A stretch of 27,195 nt of DNA from a virus (Duplodnaviria; Caudoviricetes), in IMG/VR virus record IMGVR_UViG_3300012953_000177, positions 1 to 27,195 of that record; one strand, given 5' to 3'. Positions within the stretch are counted from its first letter, which is position 1; the number at the start of each line of letters is the position of its first letter. The notes below the pieces were generated by a model. It made no database searches. It was given only the letters and a program-made list of their open reading frames with translations, and had not been told where the DNA came from. Shown here piece after piece: positions 24,752-27,195 of this stretch. A program made the translations under genes and the position numbers.

Positions 24752-26817
24752 TAATATCCGTATCCAGAACCAGAATTTGAAGAACCACTACCACCACTTG
24801 ATGGTGTTGTAGATGATGTAGTTGAACTTGTTGTTGTCATAGTTGTGGAGTATGTGCCGCCTGATGATGTCGTTGATGATGTTGATGTTGCAGTTGATGG
24901 AAGAACCGAATCAGTTGTTGAGACTAGAGAACTTGAATTTCGAGTGTAAGTTGGTGTGTAGTAACTATGAGTATGAACAAATCTGGATCCAGATGTATTT
25001 TCACCCGATGCAATTAAATCTTGAACCATATTTACGTTAGTATTAGACATGTCAAACTTAACATATAAATCATTTAAACCTACAATATCATTTGAATGAG
25101 GAATTGCTTGAATTTCAATGATATTATTTGCAATCACTGTTGAAAGTATATTTACAGTATCTATAAGTATTTCACCATGCATATAATCGACTGTGCCTGC
25201 GTTTTTCTTAATTATGGTAGGAGTTCCTCCCTCTGTGTATGTAAAGAAGAATATTCGACCTTTATCCCTATTAATTGACTCATCTGCAAGATAAACAGTT
25301 CCTATAACACCTTGAATTGTAAATCCTGTTGAAACAATGTTATAAGATTTTTCTTGAACATGAAACATGTTACCAAAACACAATTCATATTGAGCAAATT
25401 TACCAATTTCTGATATTAAGTTTCTTCGGATTAAAACTCTGGTAATGTTTGATGTAATCGATGCATCAACGCTATCGATTAAACTCACAGCCTTACTATA
25501 CTTAAATCTACCACCAAACTTATTGACATCTATTGAACGTGAGTATTGAGTTAATGCACTTGAAACACTTGTTTTCAAATTTTCTGAATCACTGGTTATA
25601 TTTGTATTATAATATACAGATGATTGTAATTCAACATACAAATATTTTAAATCAACAAATTCAGGCACAATTCCAGCAACTGCAAAACTTTTAAGTCTTT
25701 GAATTAAGTCTCTTTTTGTTTGATCTGATAAAAAATCACCATTTCGAGGTTTGACAGAGATAAAAACCTTTCCATAACGAGGCGGACTCATTTCTTCACC
25801 TCCATAAGCAGTTACTGACTCAACATTTGGGTAAATATATGCTAAAACTGACTCATAATCAGATGATGTGACTGCACGATACTGAGATGTGTAAATTCGA
25901 GGTGCATAATACTTGATTGAGGATATAGATTCAATATCATCACCATCTCTTGATTTTTCTTCAGTAGATACTAAAGAAATATTAGCTGGATTGATTGCAC
26001 CACCGTCTTGATTTGTAATATTTCCTACAAAACTAAATTCTGAAGCACCGTTTCCATCTCTTCCATCACTTACAATATAAGAAATTGTAATAAAGTTGCC
26101 ATTTGATAACTTTTTACCAATTACATTGTCACCAAAGATCAATTCATACCTTTCATCTTCAATTTCTTGTAATAAGTAAGATGATGAAGTTGATGTGATT
26201 CCAATAATATTGTTAATTTGATTATAAGTAACGATTGAAGAAGATGATTCTGATGATCTAACTTTTACACTAATTGTTGAGGTATCAATGAAAGAATTAT
26301 CAAGAATATATCTTTGATTGAACAAAGATGTATCAGTTGTGAAAGTTTGTGATACAAAATTGCCTTCATAAATCTCAATATTATTAAATTCAGCAACTCC
26401 ATTTATGACTGCGACTGTAATGTCCTCTGGAATACAAAAAATGTAGTTAGAATTATCTCCAGAACCATTACAAATAATGCCAGAGTTCAATGTCAATGAT
26501 GTAGTGTCAGTTAGACCACTTACAGTGAAAGATATCTTTGCTCTTGCTGATCTACGAGATCTTGGAACGTAACCAATATTTCTTGCTAATGCAACAACGT
26601 TTTCTCGAAGTGTAGCGGAATCAAGAAAACACTCATTCGCTGCCATATTGGTATTATATGCAGTTGTGTAAGTATTATATGCTAACGCATCAATAATTAT
26701 TGAAAGGTTTGATCCCTCAAAGTCATAATCAGTGAAATTAGTATTTGCCCTCAGATAATCTCTGATGGAGACCTTGATTTGATCAAAATCTAAATTAACA
26801 TATTGACCGAAAGCCAT
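24751..26817 (-). CDS. gp6: Baseplate wedge subunit (T4 gp6-like) with a Ser/Thr/Gly-rich C-terminal tail
   Basis: NLDFDQIK..I..YLR....FTDYDFEGSNLS.IID.LAYNTY, FLDSATLRENVV.LARNIGYVPRS, YELIFGD, ESI.SIKYYAPR.Y.SQYRAVT..DY and YGGEE..PP.YGKVFISVKP. Confidence 0.95.
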   Translation of the reverse strand: MAFGQYVNLDFDQIKVSIRDYLRANTNFTDYDFEGSNLSIIIDALAYNTYTTAYNTNMAANECFLDSATLRENVVALARNIGYVPRSRRSARAKISFTVSGLTDTTSLTLNSGIICNGSGDNSNYIFCIPEDITVAVINGVAEFNNIEIYEGNFVSQTFTTDTSLFNQRYILDNSFIDTSTISVKVRSSESSSSIVTYNQINNIIGITSTSSSYLLQEIEDERYELIFGDNVIGKKLSNGNFITISYIVSDGRDGNGASEFSFVGNITNQDGGAINPANISLVSTEEKSRDGDDIESISSIKYYAPRIYTSQYRAVTSSDYESVLAYIYPNVESVTAYGGEEMSPPRYGKVFISVKPRNGDFLSDQTKRDLIQRLKSFAVAGIVPEFVDLKYLYVELQSSVYYNTNITSDSENLKTSVSSALTQYSRSIDVNKFGGRFKYSKAVSLIDSVDASITSNITRVLIRRNLISEIGKFAQYELCFGNMFHVQEKSYNIVSTGFTIQGVIGTVYLADESINRDKGRIFFFTYTEGGTPTIIKKNAGTVDYMHGEILIDTVNILSTVIANNIIEIQAIPHSNDIVGLNDLYVKFDMSNTNVNMVQDLIASGENTSGSRFVHTHSYYTPTYTRNSSSLVSTTDSVLPSTATSTSSTTSSGGTYSTTMTTTSSTTSSTTPSSGGSGSSNSGSGYGY

Positions 26818-27195
26818 TATACTCTAGCTGGGAAAAGGAGAACGTCTACTTCTTGTGTTGGGGCTGGAATTCCAACAATGTCATACTGAACTGTGCAATT
26901 CATTTCATTTGAATCTGGTAATATCGTTACAGATGTAGTAACATTACTAATTCTTGATTCGTAATTGAGTAAAGATGACTTAATTTCATCTGAAATACGG
27001 ACTTCATTCAAATTTGTAGACAAATCGAACAAAGATTCATTGATAACTGAACCAAAATTGGGCTCAAATGGTTTTTCACCAAGAATTGTAAAAATTATGT
27101 TCTTTACAGACCTTTTAATAGCATCTTCATCACGAATTGTCACTACATCATTGGTCACAGGGTGACGTTTGAAGGATAAATTGATATCTTTGAAT
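26817..27195 (-). CDS. gp25: Baseplate wedge subunit (T4 gp25-like), 5'-truncated by the window edge
   Basis: The frame stays open upstream of the track's GTG start (..FKDINLSFKRHPVTND..), so the true start lies outside the window. Motifs AIKRSVKN...T..GEKPF.P.FGS and L.NYE.RI. Confidence 0.92.
   Translation of the reverse strand, partial: FKDINLSFKRHPVTNDVVTIRDEDAIKRSVKNIIFTILGEKPFEPNFGSVINESLFDLSTNLNEVRISDEIKSSLLNYESRISNVTTSVTILPDSNEMNCTVQYDIVGIPAPTQEVDVLLFPARV

Noticed and set aside
24981-24994. Perfect 14-bp palindrome ATCTGGATCCAGAT
   Set aside because: It is inside gp6 coding sequence with no U-tract, and a few such palindromes are expected by chance in 27 kb of AT-rich DNA.
26817-27158. 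Track's GTG start for gp25 at 27158
   Set aside because: The frame continues upstream with gp25-like residues (FKDINLSFKRHP) to the window edge, so the start is outside the window.
667-27165. Small alternative-frame and antisense ORFs in the track (e.g. 918-1118, 9224-9700, 13404-13763, 19950-20237 on +; 6300-6572, 24190-24603 on -)
   Set aside because: All lie essentially within long conserved genes and have no recognisable motifs. They are shadow frames of biased codon usage.
1-27195. Stop-codon reassignment or programmed frameshifting
   Set aside because: All genes read through uninterrupted in the standard code and end in TAA or TAG at plausible family C-termini.
1-27195. tRNA, ncRNA or CRISPR array
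   Set aside because: Intergenic gaps are 28 nt or less, and no cloverleaf or spaced direct repeats were seen.

Overview
Virion morphogenesis (baseplate-to-neck) module of a low-GC T4-like myovirus, most similar in organisation to marine cyanomyophages (Kyanoviridae-like). All real genes are on the minus strand and tightly packed, in transcription order: gp25 (start outside the window), gp6, a giant 4046-aa gp7-like wedge protein, gp8, a 2599-aa VrlC/DUF4815-type structural protein, two small conserved proteins, gp13, gp14 and gp15 (runs off the window). No RNA genes, mobile elements or CRISPR arrays were seen. The most unusual signal is at DNA level. Short GG/CC palindromic sites (CCWGG, GGNCC, CCGG) appear only when they overlap the trinucleotide GGC/GCC. 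By manual reading this holds for 29/29 Pro-Gly and 11/11 Gly-Pro junctions, while GATC looks enriched. This suggests the genome was shaped by a GGC-directed DNA modification that shields unavoidable restriction sites. That mechanism is an inference, and no modification gene lies in this window. All counts were made by eye and need computational confirmation.
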